Positions 10,733-20,440 of a stretch of 64,000 nt of DNA are shown piece after piece. The position numbers were made by a program, and so were the translations under genes. The stretch's first letter is position 1. Every line of letters begins with the position of its first letter. The notes beneath the pieces are model-generated. The model searched no databases and was not told the origin of the DNA. It worked only from the letters and a program-made list of their open reading frames with translations. This DNA is from Candidatus Dormiibacterota bacterium (GTDB lineage Bacteria; Chloroflexota; Dormibacteria; Aeolococcales; Aeolococcaceae): contig CAVPXI010000007.1 of the NCBI GenBank assembly GCA_963709585.1, positions 192,001 to 256,000 of the forward strand, written 5' to 3'.

Positions 10733-11155
10733 TCACACTTGGCCGATCTGCTGCAGGAAGGCGTGCCGATCGAAGTACGCCGCTTCCTCAACGATCTTGC
10801 CGTCGACGACATGATCGATAAAGACGATCTCCTGCGTGACCGTTCGGCCGGTCGGGGCGACATGTTCCCCGGTCGCCAGGGTCAAGTCCCCATTGTGCTG
10901 GGTAATGTCGCGCCATTCTGTGATGACGTAGTCGCCATCAACAAACTGCTGCAGGACCTCTGAATGTCCACTGTCATACGCACCGAGGAGCGTCGCAAAC
11001 ATTGTGCGGGCGGCATCAGCGCCCTCAGCACGCATCCCGGCGGGGCCGCGTATCACGACGTTGTCCGCGTACCTCGCCATCACACCGTCCAGATCCTTCC
11101 TGTCCCAGGCTGCGAACATCTCTGTCACCACCGTCCGCGGATCGGGTTTCGCCAT
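10733..11155 (-). CDS. SnoaL-like/ester cyclase (NTF2-like) protein
   Basis: APTGRTV and DGKIVEEAAYFD; AGGAGG RBS. Confidence 0.85.
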   Translation of the reverse strand: MAKPDPRTVVTEMFAAWDRKDLDGVMARYADNVVIRGPAGMRAEGADAARTMFATLLGAYDSGHSEVLQQFVDGDYVITEWRDITQHNGDLTLATGEHVAPTGRTVTQEIVFIDHVVDGKIVEEAAYFDRHAFLQQIGQV

Positions 11156-11219
11156 GGTCCACCTCCTGCCTTTGAACCACCGAGCATAGCCTCAGCGCAC
11201 GGGCTACCTCCTGAATGGG

Positions 11220-11975
11220 CTAGCCGCGCACCGAAGGCGTCCCTGCGCCATGGAAGGCGATCACCGCCCTCCCGATGACCCCGTCAAGCTCCGACTTGAT
11301 CACCGCGTAGCACTCGCACGCGACCGCTTCGAGGCCAGGGCGATCGGTGATGGTTACCCGACCACTCCGGACGGTGATGAGCCGACCGGCTTGAAGATGC
11401 TGCGCAGCCCGCCTCACGGTGGCCTCCCCCGAACCGAGCAAGTGGCCCAGGAGCTGGTGGGTGATGGCGAACTCGTCGGTGGCGAGGCGATCGCTCCCGG
11501 ACAGCAGCCAGCGCGCGAGGCGTTCTGTCGTTGAGTGCAGCCGGTTGCACGCGACAGCCTGGGAGAGCTGGTTGAAGACGGACCGGAGATAGTCGTTCAC
11601 GACTTCGTGCAGATCGACGTCCCTCTCAACCTCGCGAGTGAAGGCGATTGCCTCAATACGGTCGATCCAGCCGCCGAGGGAGCAGATTGCCTCAACCGCT
11701 AGCGAGCCTCCGAGCACCACCGGCACCCCGACGATCCCTTCGTTGCCGACCGAGGCGACCTCCACGCTACTGCCGTCATCGAACGTGGTGATCAGCGAGA
11801 CCACACAGGTGCGCGGGAAGTCGACGACGTCGATGCGTTGACCGGCGTCGAAGAGCACGGTGTTGGGTTCAAGCCGCACGTGGCTGACCGCTGCCATGAG
11901 GCGATTGCGTGGAGCGTCGGGAAGGCTGTCGAGCAGGCGGTTAGTCCCGCCAGAGACTCCGCTGCCGCTGTTCAC
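11220..11975 (-). CDS. Crp/Fnr-family transcriptional regulator
   Basis: NRLLDSLP, EVASVGNEG, ACNRLH..ERLARWLL, HTH and C-terminal ACECY. Confidence 0.9.
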   Translation of the reverse strand: MNSGSGVSGGTNRLLDSLPDAPRNRLMAAVSHVRLEPNTVLFDAGQRIDVVDFPRTCVVSLITTFDDGSSVEVASVGNEGIVGVPVVLGGSLAVEAICSLGGWIDRIEAIAFTREVERDVDLHEVVNDYLRSVFNQLSQAVACNRLHSTTERLARWLLSGSDRLATDEFAITHQLLGHLLGSGEATVRRAAQHLQAGRLITVRSGRVTITDRPGLEAVACECYAVIKSELDGVIGRAVIAFHGAGTPSVRG

Positions 11976-12123
11976 CCTGGGTTTCCCCCAGTCGCAACCC
12001 GCGCCGAGCGATGGTGACGGCCGGCCTGTCCGTCGCCTCGCCCCCCGATGCTACTCGCCCGGGCTCGCGGTGTCCACGACAGATTCTTGCCGCGTCGAAG
12101 TTGCTGAACTTGTTACGCCCTGA

Positions 12124-12330
12124 ATGTCACTCTCACCGGATGACGACGAGAGATGGGTGATGGCGCCGCCATCGGGGGAGGACACCCTCCAGGTTCGACA
12201 AACGTATCTGAGGAGACGTCGCGCGCGCCATGTCGGCACCTGGCAGCGCACCGCGATCCGCGTCGTCGTGGCCGCGACCGTGTGCTGGCTCTGCATCGCC
12301 GGCTTCACCGTCTTCGTCTTCGGATCCTGA
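12124..12330 (+). CDS. Small single-pass membrane hypothetical protein
   Basis: Arg-rich stretch followed by a C-terminal hydrophobic helix; start uncertain. Confidence 0.4.
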   Translation: MSLSPDDDERWVMAPPSGEDTLQVRQTYLRRRRARHVGTWQRTAIRVVVAATVCWLCIAGFTVFVFGS

Positions 12331-12396
12331 TGGATTCGCCCACCCACGCAACGCAAACCACGGTGAATTAGCCCAATACAAGGAGGCGAACAAGAG

Positions 12397-12708
12397 ATGG
12401 TTGCACTGGTTTCGGTCACTCTCGATCCGGGGTCGATCCTGGTCTGGGCTCTGATTGGCCTGATTGCGGGCTTCCTGGCCAGCAGGGTCATGATCGGCCA
12501 TGGCTTGGGGTTGCTGGGGGACATCGTGGTCGGGATTGTCGGCGCAATCGCTGGCGGATTCCTCGCTCGCTACCTTGGCGTGACAACGGCGGCCACGAGC
12601 CACTCGATTGTTGCGGAAGTCATCATTGCGTTTGTGGGCGCGGTCATCCTGCTCGCGATCCTGCGTGTCGTCGGCGTGGGGAAGCGCCGCCGCAGCATGT
12701 TCCGGTGA
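12397..12708 (+). CDS. GlsB/YeaQ/YmgE stress-response membrane protein
   Basis: IGLIAGFLAS..GLLGDIVVGIVGAIAGG..AFVGAVILL; AAGGAGG RBS. Confidence 0.9.
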   Translation: MVALVSVTLDPGSILVWALIGLIAGFLASRVMIGHGLGLLGDIVVGIVGAIAGGFLARYLGVTTAATSHSIVAEVIIAFVGAVILLAILRVVGVGKRRRSMFR

Positions 12709-12825
12709 CGTCAGGGCACCCGTTGACGCTGTTGCTGCAATTGTTACTGCGCGGCACGGAGTGTCGCCTCATCTAATGACAGGCTGGACGGCGCCTGTTA
12801 CCTACGTCCAAACAGAGGGCTACAT

Positions 12826-13065
12826 ATGCTGGCGGTCGACGTCAGGGACTCCGATCTCGTACTGGCAATGCCCCACCGCCATGGCGGTGTCGCCCGCATA
12901 CTCGTGGCGCTCGAGGATGCCGGACTTGGCGTGAGCCGGATCGAGCCCCGAATTGGAGAGGCGGGGATGTACCGCTTGACAGTCAAGGGCAGCGCAGAAA
13001 TCGCCGTCAGAATCCTTGAAGGAATCGGGTGCCGGGTCACCCCGTCGCAGTACCCGCCGGCATAG
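12826..13065 (+). CDS. Small ACT-like domain protein
   Basis: MPHRHGGVARILVALEDAGLGV resembles the ACT beta-alpha unit; GAGGG RBS. Confidence 0.5.
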   Translation: MLAVDVRDSDLVLAMPHRHGGVARILVALEDAGLGVSRIEPRIGEAGMYRLTVKGSAEIAVRILEGIGCRVTPSQYPPA

Positions 13066-13204
13066 GGACAGCCATTGCCGAGCGGCCCGGAATGTCCGCG
13101 CCGACGATGTTGCTGCGAATGTTACGACCGGCGTCACAGGCTGATCAGATCTCAGCTCGACGACACACGCGGGCTGAATTAGACGAATCACTCAAGGGGT
13201 GCAC

Positions 13205-13360
13205 ATGATCGTTCTTGGCGTTCTGTTGTTGATCATCGGCTTCGTCGCGGCGATCCCGATCTTCTGGACTGTTGGGATCATTCTCCTCGTCATCGGGATC
13301 GTACTCGAGCTCCTGGGCACGGCCGGACACGCGGTGGCGGGTCGGCGGCACTACTACTGA
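13205..13360 (+). CDS. Small membrane protein, DUF6131-like (51 aa; not in the ORF track)
   Basis: MIVLGVLLLIIGFVAAIPIFWTVGIILLVIGIVLELLGTAGHAVAGRRHYY*; AAGGGG RBS. Confidence 0.8.
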   Translation: MIVLGVLLLIIGFVAAIPIFWTVGIILLVIGIVLELLGTAGHAVAGRRHYY

Positions 13361-13450
13361 GGCCTCGTTCGTTCACCGACTGTTCGAACTGAAGAGGCCG
13401 TTAACGTGGAGGAGCCCGGCCCGAAGGCCGACCGGTCCATGAGAGTCGGC

Positions 13451-13849
13451 TTAGCGCGACGCGACAGCCGCTAGTTCCTTCCAGGCGCTCTCGAGCGCCG
13501 AAATGTTCTCGCTGCCGAGCACCAGACGCGTGTCGGTCGCGAGGTACACGGTTGTCAGGTTGATGCCGGCGTCGGCGAGGCGACGGGTGACCTTGCCAAG
13601 CATGCCGGGATGATTGTCGATGCGCTCAACGATCACTTCGGTCTCGCGAATGACCTTGTAGCCGACCTTGGTGATGGCGCCGCTGGTTGCGGCCTTGTCC
13701 GTGGTCAGCAGGTGGAAGATCACGCTCCCGTTGTTCTCGACGGCGCACAGGCCCTCGATATTGATCTTCTCGCGGCCGAGCTCCTCGGCGAGCGTTGCAA
13801 GGCTGCCCTTGCTGTTCGGTACGACGATGGTGAAGTCATATGCGTGCAT
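13451..13849 (-). CDS. Tandem ACT-domain protein
   Basis: VPNSKGSLATLAEELGREKINI and DNHPGMLGKVTRRLADAGINL; AGGAGG RBS. Confidence 0.85.
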   Translation of the reverse strand: MHAYDFTIVVPNSKGSLATLAEELGREKINIEGLCAVENNGSVIFHLLTTDKAATSGAITKVGYKVIRETEVIVERIDNHPGMLGKVTRRLADAGINLTTVYLATDTRLVLGSENISALESAWKELAAVASR

Positions 13850-14080
13850 GACTGGCCTCCTGTATCGGGCGCCGACTATCTTCGGCTGGCCCACGACCCA
13901 CCCTGCGCGTGGTGTCACACGATATGCAACCGCTGCGAAGACCGCATTGCCGTCGCGCGACGCACACCGGTCGAAACCCTTGGCGTGAGCCTCGCAGCAC
14001 TCGGCGGAGTGAACCTGATGACTGCGGATGCGCGGATGGTTGAACTCAGAGCAACCCGCAGCCGCAGAACCGATGGGAAC

Positions 14081-14497
14081 TCAGCTGACAACGATTGTGC
14101 CGACCATCCCCGAATGGATGCTGCAGTGATATTGATAGGTGCCGGCGGTTGTGAACTTCACCTCCCATGTGGCACCCGGCTGGAGCGACGGATCGCTCAG
14201 CGATGGTTCGGTGTCGAAGGTGATCGTGTGCTCCACTGAGCCCGTATTGGTCCACTGAATGATGTCGCCGACGTGCGCCGTCTGCATCACCGGATCGAAC
14301 ATCAGCTGACCGGTGGCCGAGATCTTCACCGCGGCCGTTCCGAGGCTGACGGCGGCGATTCCCACGCTCACCGCAGGCGGTGAGGAACTGGAAGCTGGGC
14401 TGTTTGTGCTCCCACCGCCACATGCGACGAGGCCGAGGCTGAGGAGCAGTCCCATGGCGACTAGAGCGCGGCCAAACACGACAAGTCCTCCTCGCAT
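14081..14497 (-). CDS. Plastocyanin/azurin-family copper-binding lipoprotein
   Basis: Lipobox LVAC; type-1 copper ligands HTITF and YHCSIHSGM. Confidence 0.88.
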   Translation of the reverse strand: MRGGLVVFGRALVAMGLLLSLGLVACGGGSTNSPASSSSPPAVSVGIAAVSLGTAAVKISATGQLMFDPVMQTAHVGDIIQWTNTGSVEHTITFDTEPSLSDPSLQPGATWEVKFTTAGTYQYHCSIHSGMVGTIVVS

Positions 14498-14634
14498 AAA
14501 CGCCCGACCAATGGCAGCGGCGAAGTAAGCCGCCCCCTGTCAGTTGGGAAAGTCAAACAAGAAATACGGATGGGGGTTACGCGAGGGCGCGGTTGCGCGC
14601 GGGGAAACGGCCGTTCCGGCGTATAACTCGCGTC

Positions 14635-15222
14635 ATGGCTGACCAATTCGATGCGGCGTACCTGGAAGGATCGCCCCCATGGAACATCGGCCGCGCTCAG
14701 CCTGAGTTGGTGAAGTTGGCTGAGGCGGGCCGGATCACCGGGCGGGTCATCGACCTCGGCTGCGGCACCGGGGAGAACGCTCTCTACATTGCCACGTTGG
14801 GTCTCGACGTCGTGGGCGTCGACGGAGCGCCGGAGGCCATCCGCCAGGCACGCGTCAAGGCGAACACGCATGGGATATCGATGAAGTTCGACGTCGCCGA
14901 CGTCCTCGACCTCGGTGACTACCGCGAGAGCTTTGACACCGCCACCGACTCGGGCGTGTTTCATGTGTTCGATGACAAGGACCGTCCTCGTTATCAACGC
15001 AGCGTACGCGGAGTACTCCGCCCGGGTGGACATCTCTTCCTGCTGTGCTTCAGTGAGCGTCAGCCCGGGGACTGGGGCCCGCGGCGTGTTACGCAACGAG
15101 AGATCCGCGAGACGTTCTCCGACGGTTGGCATGTGGAAAGCATCGATGAAGCTCACCTCGAAACCAACCTCGATGACGCGCCGCAAGTGGACGCATGGCT
15201 GGCGGCGCTGACGCGTCTCTAA
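14635..15222 (+). CDS. Class I SAM-dependent methyltransferase
   Basis: PPWNIGRAQP, VIDLGCGTG, DSGVFHVF. Confidence 0.9.
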   Translation: MADQFDAAYLEGSPPWNIGRAQPELVKLAEAGRITGRVIDLGCGTGENALYIATLGLDVVGVDGAPEAIRQARVKANTHGISMKFDVADVLDLGDYRESFDTATDSGVFHVFDDKDRPRYQRSVRGVLRPGGHLFLLCFSERQPGDWGPRRVTQREIRETFSDGWHVESIDEAHLETNLDDAPQVDAWLAALTRL

Positions 15223-15367
15223 AGCGATCACTGCCGCCTTGTTTCTTGCACGCTGATGAGACCACACGGGCATGCGCGGACTATGTGACGTGTTTGCTCT
15301 GGTATAGGCGATTCGTACTTTGCTCTCCAGCAATGCGCAACGCTCACCTCAAAGGTCGGAAATTCAG

Positions 15368-17812
15368 ATGGCACACCGCGAAAAGCAAGGATCAGTCCGC
15401 GCAGCTGACGTCAATCTCGACGGCACCCGCGAGTACGGCACTGCTGCAGTTGCACCAGTCACCCCAATGGCTTTCACCAGCCTTGAGACGCCGCTGCCCG
15501 CAGCGAAAGTTCCTGTAGCTGTGGTGTCAGTCGATGACCCCGAGGTTCGGGTCAAGGCCGTCAGCCACGTCTGGATGCTGTATGCGGCCCTGGGGGCTGC
15601 AGCGATCCTGGTGTACTACCAGTTGCCCAAGGGCGGGGTTGCCCAGGGGATCCTGCTGACGGTTGCGAACGGGTCCGCGGTGGTCGCCGCGCTGCGTGCC
15701 GCGCTGCGCACCAGCCAGTTGAATCGACTTATCTGGATCGCACTGGCGGCGTCGATGGCGTTGTCGACTTTCGCAAATGGCCCCTACTATCTGTACCCGC
15801 ACATCAGCGGGCACGCGGTTCCCTTCCCGGGTCCGGTGGACATCCTGTGGTTGCTGACGTATCCGTGCTTTGTGGTGGCGCTGCTTGCCATCGGCAAGCA
15901 ACGGCAAGGTGGGCACCAAGGAGACCTGCTCGACGCCGCGATCATGACCATCGCCGGTGGAACCCTGATGTGGCTGTTTGTCATCGGTCCCAGCATCCGG
16001 GCGCCCGGTGAGTTCGTCTTTGAGCACATCGTGTCCGCCGCGTACCCGACGATGGATCTGATGGTCTTTGCCGTCCTGGTTCGCCTCTCACTTTCCGGCT
16101 TGAGCAAAAGCGGTGCGTCGCGCCTGCTGGTGGCGAGCTTTATCGCGCTCCTCGCCGCCGACATGGTCTACGCGCTCGGCATCCTCAACGGCACCTACGC
16201 GTTCGGCGGGCCAACCGACGGATTGTGGATGGCCTCCTACATGTTGATCGGCATCGCTGCGACACATCCATCAGCTCGCGCGTTCCCCCGGCTGCCGTCC
16301 ACGGCCCATGTCCAGGTGAACAAGAGCCGCCTGGGTTCCCTATGCCTGGCGGTGCTCGTCGGACCGTCGCTCCTGGTCTTCGACGGCAAGGACGTGGCCA
16401 TCGTCGCTGCGGCTTCGGGGCTCTCATTTCTGCTCGTCATGGCCCGCATGACCGGGCTCAACTGGAGCCTCGCTGCACTGGGAATCGAGCTGGAGGCACA
16501 AGCGACGACTGATGCACTCACCGGCCTGCTCAACCGGTCGGCATTCAACCATGCGATCGCCGCCGCGTTGAAAGATCACCACGAGCGAGTGGGCATGCTG
16601 ATGATCGATCTGGACGACTTCAAACGCGTCAACGATCTTGCAGGACACTCGTCAGGAGATGCCGTCCTCGTTGAAGTGGCGCAGCGCATGCGCAGCATCG
16701 GTCGTTCAACCGACGTCAGGGCGCGTCTGGGTGGCGACGAGTTCGCGGTGCTGGTCACCGGTCAGACCGACCCCACACGACTCGGAGAGCGCCTGATCGA
16801 AGCGCTGGCTGTCCGGTTCCTGGTTGGCGGACGCACCTTTTCCATCGGAGCCAGTGTCGGCTTCGTCATGGCCAGGGAGGGCATGGACCCAGAGCTCCTC
16901 ACCCAGGAGGCGGACATCGCGATGTACGCCGCCAAGGATCGAGGGAAGAACCGTCTGGTTGCATTCATGCCCTCGATGTACACGGATATCGTCGACGAGC
17001 AGGACTTCGCGCATGAACTCGAGGCTGCCCTCGACCGGAACGAGATCCGCTTGGAATATCAGCCGATCGTGCGGCTCGAGGACGAGGCGATAGTGGGCTA
17101 CGAGGCATTGGCGCGCTGGACACACCCTCGATTCGGTGAAGTTCCGCCGGATCGCTTCATCCCGGTTGCCGAAGTGTCAGGTGCGATCCTTCCGATCGGT
17201 CGATGGGTGCTCCGCACTGCACTGCACGATCTCACGCGGCTCGACGCGACGCGCGAGACCGGTCTGACAATGAATGTCAATGTGTCCGCGGTCCAATTGC
17301 TCGAGCCGGCGTTCGCATATGAGGTGGGGACGGCGCTGGAGAAGGCAGGAGTATCCGGCGAGCATCTGGTGCTCGAGATCACCGAGGGTGCGTTCGTCGA
17401 CGAGAAGAGCATCGCCGGCCAGCAGCTGCGCGATCTCCGCGCGCTCGGCATCCGGATCTCAGTCGACGACTTCGGCACGGGCTATTCGTCACTGGCGTAC
17501 CTCCAGCGACTGCCCGTCGAGGAGTTGAAGATCGCCCGCCTCTTTGTCGATGGGATCGACAAGGGACCCGCGGAGGGATCTGCAGCTCGCGCGATCATCC
17601 GGATGTGTGATGCCTTGAGCCTTCGGTGCATCGCTGAAGGCGTCGAGCGCGTAGAACAGATCGCCCCGCTTCGCGTGGCGGGTTGCGAGTTCGCTCAGGG
17701 ATTCCATTTTGGGCGGCCGATCCCCATCGAGCAGGTGCTGGAGTTGCGTCGACTGCGCCAGGCAGGAGAGGACGCCCACGGCGCCGACCTGCAGCTCGTT
17801 GGCGCTGCGTAA
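15368..17812 (+). CDS. Membrane-anchored GGDEF-EAL diguanylate cyclase/phosphodiesterase
   Basis: About 10 TM helices, DALTGLLNR, GGDEF, YEALARW, DDFGTGYSS. Start uncertain. Confidence 0.9.
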   Translation: MAHREKQGSVRAADVNLDGTREYGTAAVAPVTPMAFTSLETPLPAAKVPVAVVSVDDPEVRVKAVSHVWMLYAALGAAAILVYYQLPKGGVAQGILLTVANGSAVVAALRAALRTSQLNRLIWIALAASMALSTFANGPYYLYPHISGHAVPFPGPVDILWLLTYPCFVVALLAIGKQRQGGHQGDLLDAAIMTIAGGTLMWLFVIGPSIRAPGEFVFEHIVSAAYPTMDLMVFAVLVRLSLSGLSKSGASRLLVASFIALLAADMVYALGILNGTYAFGGPTDGLWMASYMLIGIAATHPSARAFPRLPSTAHVQVNKSRLGSLCLAVLVGPSLLVFDGKDVAIVAAASGLSFLLVMARMTGLNWSLAALGIELEAQATTDALTGLLNRSAFNHAIAAALKDHHERVGMLMIDLDDFKRVNDLAGHSSGDAVLVEVAQRMRSIGRSTDVRARLGGDEFAVLVTGQTDPTRLGERLIEALAVRFLVGGRTFSIGASVGFVMAREGMDPELLTQEADIAMYAAKDRGKNRLVAFMPSMYTDIVDEQDFAHELEAALDRNEIRLEYQPIVRLEDEAIVGYEALARWTHPRFGEVPPDRFIPVAEVSGAILPIGRWVLRTALHDLTRLDATRETGLTMNVNVSAVQLLEPAFAYEVGTALEKAGVSGEHLVLEITEGAFVDEKSIAGQQLRDLRALGIRISVDDFGTGYSSLAYLQRLPVEELKIARLFVDGIDKGPAEGSAARAIIRMCDALSLRCIAEGVERVEQIAPLRVAGCEFAQGFHFGRPIPIEQVLELRRLRQAGEDAHGADLQLVGAA

Positions 17813-17856
17813 CCGAAGACGCCTCCCGCGGCCGGTCGAGGCCGCCGGCACCGTTG

Positions 17857-19967
17857 CTATTCGACGCTGCCGAAAGCCTTGATCTCCTCGAGTTCTTGCG
17901 GCGACAGCTCACGGGGTTGATCGCCTTTCGCCACCTTCTCGGTCTGGACCTGGTGGCGGATGCTCTCGACGATCTCTGGATTTGCCAGCGTGGTCACATC
18001 GCCAACGTCGGTGAAGTTGGAGATCGAGGCGATCACCCGCCGCATGATCTTCCCGGACCGGGTCTTGGGCATGTCGGGAACGATCCACACGTTGTGCGGA
18101 CGGGCGATCTTCCCGATCTCACGCTCGATCGCATTGACGACCTTCTGCTTGATTTCGTCACTCGGTGGCACACCCGGTTTCAGCGCGATATACAGTTCCA
18201 CCGCTCGGCCGCGAAGCTCGTCGATGACCGGGACCGCTGCCGCTTCAGCGATCTCGTCGACCGTCAAGCACGCCGACTCAAGCTCCTTGGTCCCCAACCG
18301 GTGCCCTGCCACATTGATGACGTCGTCGACCCGACCAAGGATCCGGATGTAGCCATCCGCTGCCTGGACGGCGCCGTCACCCGCGAGGTACGGCCAGTCG
18401 CGCCAGTCCTTGCTCTCCGGGTCCCGGCAGTACTTCTTGAAGTAGGTGTCCACGAACCGCTCGGGTTGACCCCAGATCGTCTGAAAGATGCCCGGCCACG
18501 GGTTGCGGATGCAGATGTTGCCTGCGCGATTGCTCCCCGGCTCGACGACGTTGCGATCCTCGTCGTAGATCACGGGATAGATGCCGAGGACGCCAGGGCC
18601 GCAGCTGCCCGGTTTCATCTGGTCGAGTGCGGGAAGCGTGCTTCCAAGGAACCCGCCATTCTCGGTCTGCCACCACGTGTCGACAATCACCGCCTCGCCC
18701 TTGCCCACGACGCGGTGATACCAGCGCCACACCTCGGGTTCGATGGGCTCCCCGACCGTCGTCATGTGCTTGAAGTGGTAGTCGTACTTTGCCGGCTCAT
18801 CGGGGCCGAACTTACGAAGCATCCGGATGGTGGTGGGCGCGGTGTGGAAGATGTTCACCCCGAGGCGCTCCGCAATCCTCCACGGCCGGCCCGCGTCCGG
18901 ATAGAGCGGGACTCCCTCGTACATCACGCTCGTCGTTCCGAGCGACAACGGTCCGTACACGATGTACGAGTGTCCGGTGATCCAACCGATGTCAGCAAAA
19001 CACCAATACGTGTCTTCGGGATGGATGTCCTGGTAGTACTTTGAGGTACCGGTGACGTACGAGAGATAGCCACCCGTGCTGTGGACACAGCCCTTCGGGC
19101 GTCCGGTGGTACCGCTGGTGTACATCATGAAGAGCGGCGCTTCGGCCGGCATCGACACCGGCTCGACCATCTTGCCCGCGTAGTCCTTCATCAGCTCGTC
19201 GACGAAGAAGTCGCGACCTTCGACCATGGGAATCTCTGGAGCTGTACTGGCCGGGGTGGCGTCGCCAGACCAGTACCTTGTCCACCTCGAGACCCTGCTC
19301 GCGAGCCACCGCCACCGCTTCATCGGCCTTGGCCTTGTGGTCGATGAGTTCGCCGTTGCGGTAGTAACCATCCATGGTCACCAGGATGCGGCTCTCGGAG
19401 TCGGCCATACGGCCTCCACAGGCCGTCCCGCTGAACCCGCCGAACACCTGGTTGTGGATGACGCCGAGGCGGGCGCAGGCGAGCATCGAAACCGGGAGAT
19501 CCGGAACCATCGGCATATGAAAGGTGACGCGGTCGCCGACCTTCACGCCGCCGAAACCGCGCAGGAGCGCAGCAAACTCGTTGAACTCGTTTGTAGAGCT
19601 CCTGGTAGGTGATCGCCTTGGTCTCCTCGGCTTCAGGCTCGGGGACCCAAATCAGAGCCGCCTTGTTGCGGGACTTCGCAAGGTGACGGTCGACACAGTT
19701 GACACTTGCGTTGAGGCGACCACCGACGAACCACTTCCAAAACGGCGGATTGCTGGTGTCGAGCGTGGTGTGCCAGTACTTATCCCACGTGAGCAGGTCC
19801 GCGTACTCCTTGAAGCACTCCGGGAAGTTCTCCTCGCGGAACCGTTCGCGGATGCTCGGGTCGCTGGCATTCGCCTGTCCGATGAACTTCGGCGGCGGGG
19901 CGAAGTAATCCTCCTCGCGCCAGTGCACCGCGATCTGGGCTTCCGTGACCTGCACTTCCACTGCCAT
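17857..19967 (-). CDS. acs: Acetate--CoA ligase with two frameshifts (about 19585 and 19235)
   Basis: YTSGTTGRPKG, DTWWQTE and PKTRSGKIMRR. Three consecutive frames assemble a full-length Acs; GGAGG RBS. Confidence 0.9.
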
Positions 19968-20031
19968 TGGTCGACCTCCGAATACTCGCTGGACCCCCTC
20001 GCCACCGTTCCGAGATGAACGCCCCCGACTC

Positions 20032-20319
20032 TTAGCCCTCTGCAAGCAGCCTTGCAGAGACGGCGAACTCGCGAAGCTCAGCAGCCATCGTCGCCTGGGA
20101 GGCCAGGGCCTGGAGGTCACCTCGCGCAAGAGAGTCCCGGCAGAGCCCGCGGAGCAGATGGAGGGCCTGCAGGGCCAAGGTCGGCAGCATTTCAAAGGGC
20201 GCTGTCTCGGTCGCTGCGCGCAGCCGCGCGAACTCGAACGCGGACTTCTGGCTCGGAGCGATGGCCTCCAGTTGCACCAGCCGAACCGATAGCTCCCCGA
20301 TGATGTACTGCTCGGTCAT
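20032..20319 (-). CDS. Hypothetical helical protein
   Basis: MTEQYIIGELSVRL... ORF filling the gap between the EAL gene and acs, co-oriented with both. Confidence 0.55.
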   Translation of the reverse strand: MTEQYIIGELSVRLVQLEAIAPSQKSAFEFARLRAATETAPFEMLPTLALQALHLLRGLCRDSLARGDLQALASQATMAAELREFAVSARLLAEG

Positions 20320-20440
20320 TGCCAACTTAGTCCGGCTCTGCCGTGTGAGCGGATCCCGACGGCTTGTCCAGGTTCGGTCGCTCCACATGGTGCTCCGCCC
20401 CGCTGGGAAGGTCAAGCCAGCCTTCGGTTCCTCTCCGCTC

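Larger units (their letters stand above)
12100..13125 (+). promoter_or_regulatory. Three copies of the 17-bp motif GTTGCTG-N4-TGTTAC (12100-12116, 12731-12747, 13109-13125)
   Basis: Seen directly; every copy is intergenic and upstream of a small gene. Confidence 0.65.
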
